DNA of 64,000 nucleotides from Rhodospirillales bacterium BBD 1991-14 (GCA_001657395.1 LYSY01000012.1:18909-82908), one strand, 5' to 3'. Counted from the first letter of the stretch, positions 34,542-43,169 are shown. A program made the numbers and translations. Notes: generated by a model from the sequence alone, not told the origin.

Positions 34542-35240
34542 GTGCTGTGCAAATCCGCGGGCCCGCGGGTAATGCAACCCCTGCGTAAGGCCTGGGCCTT
34601 CCTGCCCGAATTTCTGGCGCGCCTGACCGTTCGGCGCGATTCGGGCCCTATCGATTCGACCGATACGTTGTGCCGCTTCGTTGCGACGCGTGCGGCCTTC
34701 ATCGCCCAGAAGACCCTCTATGGCTACCTGAAGGCACGGATGGGCACACGCTATCCGAGCATGTTCGAAGACGATGTCTTCGCTTCGTCGATCGATATCG
34801 CCAAGATGCATGTCTTCGCTGCCTGCCTGTCCGATCTGACCCTCTTTGCGGTTTCCCATGCGCTGCAGGACGAGACTGTCGACGACGTGCTGCGGCGCGA
34901 ACTGGCACTGCACTGCTTTCACAAGGGTTTGGCGGACAATGCCGCCGCAGCGGCCCAGACCTCCGCCTTCTCCGCTGACGAAGCCATGCGGGCCTTCGAG
35001 CGGCGCCTGGCCTTCCACGATTGGCACGATGGACCGCGCGGCGCGGCGCTGTTCACCGCCAGCCCCGCTGCGCTTTTCGAATGGGCCCCGATTGCGCCTG
35101 CCCTGAAGAAGCATGACAAGGAAATCGTCGAGAACTCCATCAAGTTCAAATGGCGGGACATCCGGGAGCGCTTCGAAAAACGTGCCCAAGGGTCCGCCAT
35201 AGCCGCCGATCTAACCAGCTTCGCCGATTTGCGCCATTGA
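34542..35240 (+). CDS. Hypothetical protein (no family recognised)
   Basis: Protein-like composition and high GC3 on the + strand; the opposite-strand ORF 34452..35189 is Arg/Gly-rich shadow-like. GTG 34542 and ATG 34572 are both possible starts. Confidence 0.5.
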   Translation: MLCKSAGPRVMQPLRKAWAFLPEFLARLTVRRDSGPIDSTDTLCRFVATRAAFIAQKTLYGYLKARMGTRYPSMFEDDVFASSIDIAKMHVFAACLSDLTLFAVSHALQDETVDDVLRRELALHCFHKGLADNAAAAAQTSAFSADEAMRAFERRLAFHDWHDGPRGAALFTASPAALFEWAPIAPALKKHDKEIVENSIKFKWRDIRERFEKRAQGSAIAADLTSFADLRH

Positions 35241-35306
35241 TGCTGATCAAATCCCGCGAGGACGCAATGAGGTTTAGTGTCGCACCGCGGGAAGGGAGCC
35301 GAGTGC

Positions 35307-37472
35307 ATGAGTTTCCAGGGGGCCGAGACGAGTCTCTCCGGGCTGCCGCTGCGGGCAATTCCGGCTGTTGTACTCGACACCGAAACCACCGGGCTGGACG
35401 TCGTCCATGACCATGTCATTGAGATCGGCGGCGTGCGCCTGTCCGGCGGGCGCATCGCCGAAGGCGACAGCCACAGCGTCCTGGTCAACCCCGGCATGCC
35501 GATCCCGGGCGATTCCACGGCGATTCACGGCATAACGGACGCCGATGTCGCCGGGGCGCCGGCCTTCCGCGAGGCCATGGATGGGTTCGTGGACTGGGCC
35601 GGGCCCTCGGTGGTGATCGGCTATTCCATCGGCTTCGATCTGGCGATCCTCAAGGCCGAGCACGAGCGAAACGGGCTCGACTGGCAGATGCCCCGCAGCC
35701 TCGATGTGCGCCACCTGCTTCATCTGGTCGGCGCCAACCTGCCGAGTCAGTCGCTGGAGACGGTGGCGGGCTGGCTCGGTCTGGAAACCAGCAACCGTCA
35801 CCGGGCCCTGGGGGATGCGATCCTCACGGCCGAGATTTTTCTGGCCCTCGTCCCCAAGCTGGCAGATGCCGGCGTTACCACCCTCGCCCAGGCGGAGCGC
35901 GCCTGCCGGGCGCTCACCGAGCGTCTCGATGAAGAGGCGCGGGCCGGATGGCAGGGCTTCGATCAGCTGGGTCAGGCGGTCGCCCCCAGCGTGGCGGAGT
36001 ACGCCCGCGTCGACAGCTTTCCCTACCGCCACAAGGTCGCGGACCTGATGAACAGCCCGCCGCTCACCATCGCCGGCGATGCGCCGCTGCAGGAGGCGCT
36101 GGGCGTCATGGCCGGCAAAAAGGTGAGTTCCCTGTTCCTGCCGCCCCGGGCCGACGCTGCTGCCGCCGAGGACGGCTGGGGCATCATCACCGAACGCGAC
36201 GTCCTGCGGGCGGTCGATGCCTTGGGCGGTGCGGCCTTGCAGTGGCCGGTGGCGGAGTTCGCCGCGCGTCCCCTGGTCACCATCAAGGCGGAGGAGTTTG
36301 TCTACCGTGCGCTAGCGCGCATGTCGGGCGGCGGCTTCCGCCATCTGGGGGTGACGGATGCCGAGGGTGCGCTGGTGGGGGCGCTCAGCGCCCGCGACCT
36401 GCTGCGCCAGCGGGCGAGCGACGCCGTTTCGCTGGGCGACTGCATCGAGCAGGCGCAGACGGCGGCGGAACTGGGCCGCATCTGGGCTGACCTCACGGTG
36501 GTGGCGCGGGCGCTGGTCCACGAGGATGTGGACAGCCGCGACGTTGCGGCCATCGTCTCGCGCGAACTGCGCGCGCTCACGCGCCGCGCCTGCGAGTTTG
36601 CGCAAGCGGAGCTGGAGGCGTCCGAGATGGGTCCCGCGCCGCTGCCCTATGCGATGATGGTCCTCGGCTCCGGCGGGCGCGGCGAGAGCCTGCTGGCCAT
36701 GGATCAGGACAACGCCATCGTTTTCGCCGGCGAGGAGTCGGCCTCCGCTGCAGAGCGGAACGGGCGGGACGTCGACCCCTGGTTCGCCGCGCTGGGCCAG
36801 CGCACCGCCGACATCCTGAACGATGCCGGCGTCTGCTACTGCAAGGGCGGGGTCATGGCTGCCAACGCCGAGTGGCGCATGGATCTCGCCGGCTGGCGCG
36901 ACACCGTCGGCACCTGGATCACGCGCTCCAAGCCGGAAGACATGCTGAACTGCGACATCTTTTTCGATGCAGTGCCGGTCCATGGCACGGCCGAACTGGC
37001 CGAGCGCCTGCATGACGAGGCCATGGAGGCGGCCAAGGGCTCGCGCTCCTTCCTGCGGTCGCTGGCGCTGAAAGCGGGCCAGTTGGAGGCTCCGGTCGGC
37101 TGGTTCGGCCGGCTGAAGCTGGACCACGGCCGCGTCGACCTGAAAAAGGGCGGCATCATGCCGATCTTCTCCGCCGCCCGCGTGATCGCCCTGCAGCACG
37201 GCATCGCCAGGCGCTCGACGCCGGAGCGGCTGGAAGCGGCCCGCGGCCTCGACCTCGTCCCGGCCCGCACCGTCGACAATCTGATCGAAGCGCACCGCAT
37301 CCTGCTGGATCTCATTCTGCGCCAGCAATTGCGCGACATCGATCAGGGCCTGCCGCTCTCCAACCGGGTTGCGCCCGGGGAACTCACCGCCTTTCAGCGC
37401 CAGGAAATGCGCTGGGCGCTGGACCAGGTGCCGGCCATCGCGGACCTGCTGGGCATTCCCGCCTTCGCCTGA
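35307..37472 (+). CDS. Fusion protein: DEDDh (DnaQ-like) 3'-5' exonuclease, CBS pair, and DUF294 nucleotidyltransferase with DUF294_C
   Basis: ExoI motif VVLDTETTGLD, ExoII GYSIGFDLAIL, ExoIII HRALGDAILTAEIF. Two CBS-like segments (LMNSPPLTIAGDAPLQEALGVM, ARPLVTIKAEEFVYRALARMSGGGFRHLGV). NTase motif MVLGSGGRGESLLAMDQDNAIVF. C-terminal helical domain (PIFSAARVIALQHGI). Confidence 0.85.
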   Translation: MSFQGAETSLSGLPLRAIPAVVLDTETTGLDVVHDHVIEIGGVRLSGGRIAEGDSHSVLVNPGMPIPGDSTAIHGITDADVAGAPAFREAMDGFVDWAGPSVVIGYSIGFDLAILKAEHERNGLDWQMPRSLDVRHLLHLVGANLPSQSLETVAGWLGLETSNRHRALGDAILTAEIFLALVPKLADAGVTTLAQAERACRALTERLDEEARAGWQGFDQLGQAVAPSVAEYARVDSFPYRHKVADLMNSPPLTIAGDAPLQEALGVMAGKKVSSLFLPPRADAAAAEDGWGIITERDVLRAVDALGGAALQWPVAEFAARPLVTIKAEEFVYRALARMSGGGFRHLGVTDAEGALVGALSARDLLRQRASDAVSLGDCIEQAQTAAELGRIWADLTVVARALVHEDVDSRDVAAIVSRELRALTRRACEFAQAELEASEMGPAPLPYAMMVLGSGGRGESLLAMDQDNAIVFAGEESASAAERNGRDVDPWFAALGQRTADILNDAGVCYCKGGVMAANAEWRMDLAGWRDTVGTWITRSKPEDMLNCDIFFDAVPVHGTAELAERLHDEAMEAAKGSRSFLRSLALKAGQLEAPVGWFGRLKLDHGRVDLKKGGIMPIFSAARVIALQHGIARRSTPERLEAARGLDLVPARTVDNLIEAHRILLDLILRQQLRDIDQGLPLSNRVAPGELTAFQRQEMRWALDQVPAIADLLGIPAFA

Positions 37473-37600
37473 ATCCGGCTCACCCGTCTCTTGGGTTTGC
37501 GTTTCGCGGCTCGCCTCCTATCTTACAGGCCAAGCAATCCTTCGGGCATGCAGCCCAAACGGCGGCCCGTCAAACGATACAGACTGAAGGGGAGGCCTCA

Positions 37601-38041
37601 TTGCGTTACCTGCACACCATGGTTCGGGTGAAAGACCTGGACGCATCGCTGAACTTCTACTGCAACCTGCTGGGCCTGAAAGAGGTGCGCCGCTACGACA
37701 GCGAGAAGGGCCGCTTTACGCTGGTGTTCCTGGCCGCGCCGGAAGACGAGGGCCGCGCCAAGGAGGAAAAGGCCCCCTTGGTGGAGCTCACCTACAATTG
37801 GGATCCGGAGGACTATCAGGGCGGGCGCAACTTCGGCCACCTCGCCTATCTCGTGAACGATATCTATGGCCTGTGCCAGAAGCTGCATGACGGCGGCGTG
37901 ACGATCAACCGCCCGCCGCGTGACGGCCACATGGCTTTCGTGCGCTCGCCGGACGGCATTTCGGTCGAGCTCTTGCAGAAGGGCGACTCCCTGGCGCCGC
38001 AGGAGCCCTGGTCCTCCATGGAAAACAGCGGAAGCTGGTAG
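37601..38041 (+). CDS. gloA: Lactoylglutathione lyase (glyoxalase I)
   Basis: MRYLHTMVRVKDLDASLNFYCNLLGLK, ELTYNWD, FGHLAYLV and SPDGISVELLQ are classical GloA motifs. TTG start with GGGGAGG 5 nt upstream. Confidence 0.9.
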   Translation: MRYLHTMVRVKDLDASLNFYCNLLGLKEVRRYDSEKGRFTLVFLAAPEDEGRAKEEKAPLVELTYNWDPEDYQGGRNFGHLAYLVNDIYGLCQKLHDGGVTINRPPRDGHMAFVRSPDGISVELLQKGDSLAPQEPWSSMENSGSW

Positions 38042-38055
38042 AGGTCCGCACCTCA

Positions 38056-39210
38056 ATGGGCCTGCGATCGGTCAAAGCGCTCTTGGCTTTGCGAAGCATC
38101 GGGTTCGCCTGTGCTGCAGCAGCCTGTCTGGCGGCGCCGGCGGCGCAGGCCCAAGTGGCGGACTGCGATCAACCGGACCCGGTCTGCGACGCCCGCGCTG
38201 CCGTTTTCGCCATCTCCGCCTTCGATCCCGTCGGCTCGGCGGTGCGCATCGGGCCCGACCGCCTGGTGACCGCCCGCCACGTGGTCGCCGACCAGCCTGA
38301 GGCGACGCTTTTCCTGGCCGACGGTACGCCCCTGGTCGCCACGGTCGTGCCCAGTGGCTATGCCGCAGACCTAGTGTTCCTCTCAGTCGAGGGCCTGCCG
38401 CAAGGGCCGGCTCTGGAGCCGACGGAAGCCCGGGTGGGGGTCGACCTCTTCACCATTGGCGCCGACGTTGGCCGGCAGCGGATCCGTGCCTACGACCCCG
38501 GCCAGGCGCGGGCCCTGCCGGCGGTGGGGCATCCTCTGGCCCGCCTCCACCACGATGCCTACAGCCAGCCGGGCAACAGCGGCGGTGCGCTGGTCGACGC
38601 CGAAGGCCGTCTGGTCGGCATTGTCGCTTCCGGCGGGGAAGGGCGCTTCGAGGCGATCCCCACTGCCGCCTTGGCGGTACTGGAGTCCAAGAGCGGGCCC
38701 GGCTTCGCCGAGGAAAGCGCCGAACTCGGCGCTGCCGTGCGCATCTGCACCACACTGATCGAAGACCGTCAGGCGCGGCCCGGCCGGCTGGATGAACAGG
38801 TGGCCAAGGCGATCGCGACCGCCTGCGGCCGGGCCGGCAACCGCCAGCTTCTGGATCTGGCCGGCCAGACCCTGGGTCGGGGCGGTGTCGCGGCGATGGC
38901 GGTGCCGCTTTTCGAGCGCGCCCTGGCGGAGGACCCCAACGCGGTCAACACGCGCCTCGGTCTGGTCGTCACCCACCACCTGCTGCGCGACTACGAAGCC
39001 GAGCTGCCGCACCTGCATTGGCTGATGGAACACGCCGGCGAGGACCTGCAGGTCCTGCGCTTTGCGATCCAGGCCGGCACCTGGGGCGGCGATCCGGACC
39101 TGGCGGCCGAAGCGCTGGCGCGCCTGAAGCGGGTCAACCCGCAGACGGCCCCGGCGGCGGAGCGCTTCATGGCACAGCCGCCGCCGCGGCCCCCGAAGCT
39201 GCCGAACTGA
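38056..39210 (+). CDS. Secreted trypsin-like (chymotrypsin-fold, S1) serine protease with C-terminal helical TPR-like domain
   Basis: Signal peptide ending AAPAAQAQ. His context LVTARHVV, Asp context AADLVFL, Ser context QPGNSGGALVD. The C-terminal ~170 aa are helical repeats (FERALAEDPNAVNTRLGLVVTHHLL...). Confidence 0.8.
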   Translation: MGLRSVKALLALRSIGFACAAAACLAAPAAQAQVADCDQPDPVCDARAAVFAISAFDPVGSAVRIGPDRLVTARHVVADQPEATLFLADGTPLVATVVPSGYAADLVFLSVEGLPQGPALEPTEARVGVDLFTIGADVGRQRIRAYDPGQARALPAVGHPLARLHHDAYSQPGNSGGALVDAEGRLVGIVASGGEGRFEAIPTAALAVLESKSGPGFAEESAELGAAVRICTTLIEDRQARPGRLDEQVAKAIATACGRAGNRQLLDLAGQTLGRGGVAAMAVPLFERALAEDPNAVNTRLGLVVTHHLLRDYEAELPHLHWLMEHAGEDLQVLRFAIQAGTWGGDPDLAAEALARLKRVNPQTAPAAERFMAQPPPRPPKLPN

Positions 39211-39227
39211 CTGCTGCCGAACCGAAC

Positions 39228-40541
39228 TCAGCCGTCTTCGGCCGGGTTGGGAATCCAGCCGCCGGCCACCTTGGGCCCGCCGCGCTCCAGCGGCGCCACG
39301 GCGCGGTCGAGAATGGCCGCTTTCAAGTCGGCGGCCCGCCACTGCGGATTGGCGGCCTTCAGGCGGGCGGCGAGCGCCGCCACGCGCGGTACCGCATAGC
39401 TCGAGCCGGAGGCCCGGCCCCGCGCCCCGCGGTAGTCGGTCACCTCCAACTGTTCGGCGGGCACCATCAGGTCGACGGACACGGGACCCCAGTTGGACCC
39501 CGCTGCCAGCCGTCCGAAGGCGTCGGCCGAGGTGACGACCAGCATGTTTTCCAGGGCGAGCGCGGCGGGATAGAGCGGCACGGCGTCGATGTCGCGCCCG
39601 TCGTTGCCGGCGGAGACCACGAACAGCAGGTCGCTGTGGCGCCGGGCGGCGGCCTCGAAGGCTGTCCAGTCTTCCGCCTTGCGGCTGCCCAGTGGCATGG
39701 CGAAGACGCTGCTGCCCGCCGCGGCGGCTGCGTCGATCAGATCGGCCATACGCCCCATGTCCGGGCGCGGATAGCGGTAGGGCAGCAGACGCACCGCCGG
39801 CGCCTCCTTGACCAGCAGGCTGGCGACCGGCGTGCCGTGGCGGATCGGGAAGAAGGCGGAGCGCCCGGTGTCGCCGTCGAAGGGGCGCGGATCCAGGTCC
39901 CAGAAGTCATAGCCCAGGGGCGTACCCTCGGCATCGCGCGCCAGCCGCTCTGCAATGGCGGGCAGGAGATAGTTCACGCCGCTGTCGATATGGGCCACGG
40001 TCACCCCGCCGGGGTCTTCGCCGGGCGGCACTGCGGGATTGAGGGCTTCGACCTGCTCCTCGCTGGTCAGATCCGCCGAGAGATGGACCAGCTCCAGGGC
40101 CATGCCGTCGTCACCGTAGCGCAGAGCGCGCGCATGATGAATCCGGCAGGCGCCGTTCGCCAGGGCCGTGATCAGCGGGCGGCCGGTATCGCCGTCGTAG
40201 AGGGTGAGAGAGATGCGTCGCAACTGGCCGCCCGCGCGTGTCGCCTCCAGGCCCAGGTCGGGGGCTCCCCCGGGCCCTTCGAGCCGAACCTCCCGGCGGA
40301 CCCATCTGCCCTCGGGGCCGCGGTCGCGCACCGGACCGAGCCGGTATCCCGCCAGCGGTCCCTCCGATTCCATCTCCGTGCCCTCGGGATCGAGGAGGAT
40401 GTCCGGGCAGAGCATGGCGGCCGCCGATTGCAGGATCGCAGCGCCGGCGTCCTGCGCGTTTTCAGCGCCTGTCGCGACAGGGGCGCCGCCGAACATCGCG
40501 ATCACGACAGCGGCGGTCAGGAGAGGCGGGCATCGGCCCAT
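39228..40541 (-). CDS. Subtilisin-like S8 serine peptidase with unassigned N-terminal region
   Basis: Catalytic contexts VAHIDSGV (Asp), RHGTPVASL (His), SAGNDG (oxyanion Asn) and GSSYAVPRVAALAA (Ser). The longest ORF begins with a signal-peptide-like segment. The internal ATG 40373 has a better SD (GAGGG, 7-nt spacing). Confidence 0.88.
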   Translation of the reverse strand: MGRCPPLLTAAVVIAMFGGAPVATGAENAQDAGAAILQSAAAMLCPDILLDPEGTEMESEGPLAGYRLGPVRDRGPEGRWVRREVRLEGPGGAPDLGLEATRAGGQLRRISLTLYDGDTGRPLITALANGACRIHHARALRYGDDGMALELVHLSADLTSEEQVEALNPAVPPGEDPGGVTVAHIDSGVNYLLPAIAERLARDAEGTPLGYDFWDLDPRPFDGDTGRSAFFPIRHGTPVASLLVKEAPAVRLLPYRYPRPDMGRMADLIDAAAAAGSSVFAMPLGSRKAEDWTAFEAAARRHSDLLFVVSAGNDGRDIDAVPLYPAALALENMLVVTSADAFGRLAAGSNWGPVSVDLMVPAEQLEVTDYRGARGRASGSSYAVPRVAALAARLKAANPQWRAADLKAAILDRAVAPLERGGPKVAGGWIPNPAEDG

Positions 40542-40658
40542 AGGTCTATCCGGCGATCTCTGGTTTCATAAGGGGCGTCACCGCAGGAGCGCATGCCGCG
40601 CCGGGCAGTCTCGCACGGACGGCAGACAAAAATCAGCCCCGGACCACGATGGCCGCGA

Positions 40659-42809
40659 TCAGCTGTCCCGCAGGGGCGTGTCCTTCAGGCGCCGCTCCGG
40701 CGGTCCCGCGGTGCCGGCGCTGCGCGCAGGGGGGCGAAAGCCGATGGGCGGACGGCCGCCGGCCTTGGCCGCGGCCTCTGCCGCCAGCAGCGCGGCAATC
40801 TCCTCGGCCGGCGCGGAGTCTGCCCGGAACTTGAGCTGACGGGCGACGACCGCGAAGTCCCCGGGCGTGAGCCCTTCGATCTGCAGGAGCCGGCGGGGCG
40901 CCTCCAGGCCGAAGAACAGCCGGAAGGCCTTCGCCCTCTGCGGTGCCGTCAGCACCTTGAGTGTGACCTTGAAGACAAAGCGGCGCATGGCGGCGGGGTC
41001 CAGCTTGTCGGCATGGTTCGTCGCAGCGATGAAGGGCTGGGGATGGCGCTCCATCCAGGTGAGCAGCTCGTTGACTTGGCTCACCTCCCAGCTGCGCAAA
41101 GCGGCGCTGCGGTCGAACAGCAGGGAGTCGATCTCGTCGAACAGCAGGATGCTGCCCTCGTCTGCCGCTTCGGCAAAGGCATCGGCAATGTACTTTTCCG
41201 AATCGCCGACCCACTTGGACAGCAGGTCGGACGCGCGCTTGATCACCAGGGGCTGATCGAGCTTCTGCGCCAGGTAAAGGGCGAGGGCCGTCTTTCCGGT
41301 TCCCGGCGGGCCGGTGAGCAGCAGCGAGAAGTCGCGCGCCGCGCCCTTGGCCGAAAGCTGGCTGAACAGGCGCCCGACATCCCGGTCTGCGTGGTAGAGC
41401 GACAGATGGAGCGTCTGCCGCGCCTGCGCGCCATGTTCGGGCCGGCGCCCGTAACGCAGGCCTTCGACCAGCGCCGTCAGGGTCTGCTCGACCTCCTCGC
41501 TGCCTCCGGAAGCAAGCCTGGCAGAGCGCGCGGCCTTGCGCGCCACGGCGGAGACCTCCGGCGCCGTTGCGGCAAGGCGCCCGATCACGTCTTCCTCCAG
41601 CAGCAGGGCCTCATCCGCCAGGACGCGGGCCAGAATACGCTTGCGCGCCTGCAGGCGCGGCCGGTCCATCTTCACGACATAGGACATGCGGCGCAGAAAG
41701 GCCGCGTCGATGTTCTCGATGTCATTGGTGGTCCAGAGCGTCGGGACCGGGTTGTTCTCGAACAGGCGGTTGACGAAGACCTTCGATCCGCTGCGCCTGA
41801 TGAAACGCCCGCTGTCGCTGCGCTGGGTGTCGCCGATCAGGTCTTCCATCTCGTCGAACAGCAGCAGCGTGTCGCCGCGGCCCGCCAGCACGCGCTGGGC
41901 GAGGGCGAGGGCCGTTACGCGCTCCCAGCGGTTCGGCTCGTCGCCGTACTCGTCGGTCTCGCCGACGGCATAGAGCCGCGCAGCGGCAGCCTTGGCCAGC
42001 GTCTTCGCAAGCTCCGTCTTGCCGGTCCCCGGCGGTCCATAGAGCAGAACGTTGACGCCCTTGGCCTTGCCGGCGACGGCACCGCTCAGCAGGCGCCGCA
42101 GCAGCTCGGCGTGCTGCAGCACCTCGGGGAAATCGAGGATGCCGAGCTCGGCCGGGGCGCTGCGCCCGACGAGGCATTCGATCAGTTCGTCGTCGCCAGC
42201 CGGCGCGCGGTCGATCACCCGGTCGACCGCATCGCTGAGATCGAGCGTGACCTCGCCGCCGCGGTTGAGCGAGAGTTCGACCAAAGCCAGCTCCACGACG
42301 GCACTGCGCCGCAGCGCCTCGGGGGTCTCGAAGCCGGCGAGCTTGGCCGCGAAGGTTGTGCTGTCCAGGCCGTGGCTGCGCAGACGCCAGTGCAGGGACG
42401 CGACCCAGCGCAGACGGTTGATGGCGACGACGATCTGCAGAAGATGCGTCTCTTCAGCGGCAAGGTTCAGGACCTTGCCCAGGCGTGCCGCGATCTGCAA
42501 AACGGCCGTGGTTTTGCCGTCCGGCGTTTTCGCTGCCGCCGATTCCGCCTTGCGCAGGGCTTTGTCCAGAAGACGCCAGGGGTCGGGCTGCGCCTTGTTT
42601 TTGGCGCGCTTGGCCCTGGTGGATTTGGACTTGGCGCTCCCCGAGCGCTGTTCTTCCGCCTTGTCCAGCTTGCGCGCAAACTTGCCCAGACCAACGGTCT
42701 CGGCATTGTGGCGGCACCAGCTGACGATGCCGGCGGCGCGCGGCGTCCTGGGTTCCGTTTCTGTTATGGCTGCGCGCAGGATGCGCAGCAGCAGTGCGTG
42801 CTCGTTCAT
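40659..42809 (-). CDS. AAA+ ATPase with two AAA modules and an unassigned ~250-aa N-terminal region
   Basis: Walker A GPPGTGKT occurs twice (nt 42015-42038 and 41289-41312). Walker B motifs are LLLFDEMED and ILLFDEID. AAA-type sensor/lid segments follow (ATNHADKLDPAAMRRF). The antisense 773-aa ORF is rejected. Confidence 0.9.
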   Translation of the reverse strand: MNEHALLLRILRAAITETEPRTPRAAGIVSWCRHNAETVGLGKFARKLDKAEEQRSGSAKSKSTRAKRAKNKAQPDPWRLLDKALRKAESAAAKTPDGKTTAVLQIAARLGKVLNLAAEETHLLQIVVAINRLRWVASLHWRLRSHGLDSTTFAAKLAGFETPEALRRSAVVELALVELSLNRGGEVTLDLSDAVDRVIDRAPAGDDELIECLVGRSAPAELGILDFPEVLQHAELLRRLLSGAVAGKAKGVNVLLYGPPGTGKTELAKTLAKAAAARLYAVGETDEYGDEPNRWERVTALALAQRVLAGRGDTLLLFDEMEDLIGDTQRSDSGRFIRRSGSKVFVNRLFENNPVPTLWTTNDIENIDAAFLRRMSYVVKMDRPRLQARKRILARVLADEALLLEEDVIGRLAATAPEVSAVARKAARSARLASGGSEEVEQTLTALVEGLRYGRRPEHGAQARQTLHLSLYHADRDVGRLFSQLSAKGAARDFSLLLTGPPGTGKTALALYLAQKLDQPLVIKRASDLLSKWVGDSEKYIADAFAEAADEGSILLFDEIDSLLFDRSAALRSWEVSQVNELLTWMERHPQPFIAATNHADKLDPAAMRRFVFKVTLKVLTAPQRAKAFRLFFGLEAPRRLLQIEGLTPGDFAVVARQLKFRADSAPAEEIAALLAAEAAAKAGGRPPIGFRPPARSAGTAGPPERRLKDTPLRDS

Positions 42810-43107
42810 CGATCATTCGCGTGTCTGCGCCCGCTGGTGGAGCCGGCGGCACGCGAACAAGGCGCAGCCGAGCGCCGCCAGAGGCGGTTGTCGTTCGGTT
42901 TCGTTCTGGGATGACAGCGCCGGGGTCGGGGCCCCGGCCGGCGCGCTAGCGCAGAGGAAGGACCGCGAAGATCGGCGATGTCATGCCCTTGAGGTCAATC
43001 CTCGTCATGGGCTTACACCTGATTTGCCGTTGAACCTGTATCGCCGCAGCGATACGGGCTGGGGGATGTATCAACTCCCGGCTTTGCTGTCAACCGCGGA
43101 GCCGCGC

Positions 43108-43141
43108 AGAAAAAAGGCCCCGGACCGTGAAGTCCGGGGCC
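43108..43141 (-). terminator. Rho-independent terminator of the beta-propeller/phytase-like gene
   Basis: On the minus strand: GGCCCCGGAC-ttcacg-GTCCGGGGCC (perfect 10-bp stem) followed by TTTTTT. It starts 29 nt after the stop codon. Confidence 0.85.
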
Positions 43142-43169
43142 GGCAAAGTTGGCTTAGGGTAAACGCAGA

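Noticed and set aside
34452-35189. 245-aa minus-strand ORF opposite the hypothetical gene 34542..35240
   Set aside because: Its composition is Arg/Gly/Gln-rich with no plausible start context. The plus-strand frame has balanced, protein-like composition and is co-oriented with the downstream fusion gene, although neither frame has a recognisable family.
38056-42809. Analogy to type VII secretion (EccA-like AAA+ ATPase plus exported mycosin-type S8 protease)
   Set aside because: No EccB/C/D-like membrane components, FtsK/SpoIIIE ATPase or WXG100-type small substrates are present in the window, and the lineage appears to be a Gram-negative alphaproteobacterium. The resemblance is limited to two broad protein families.
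40593-42914. 773-aa plus-strand ORF opposite the AAA+ ATPase gene
   Set aside because: The minus-strand frame has two perfect Walker A/B pairs. The plus-strand product is low in complexity (Arg/Gly/Ala/Gln) and would be antisense across its whole length.
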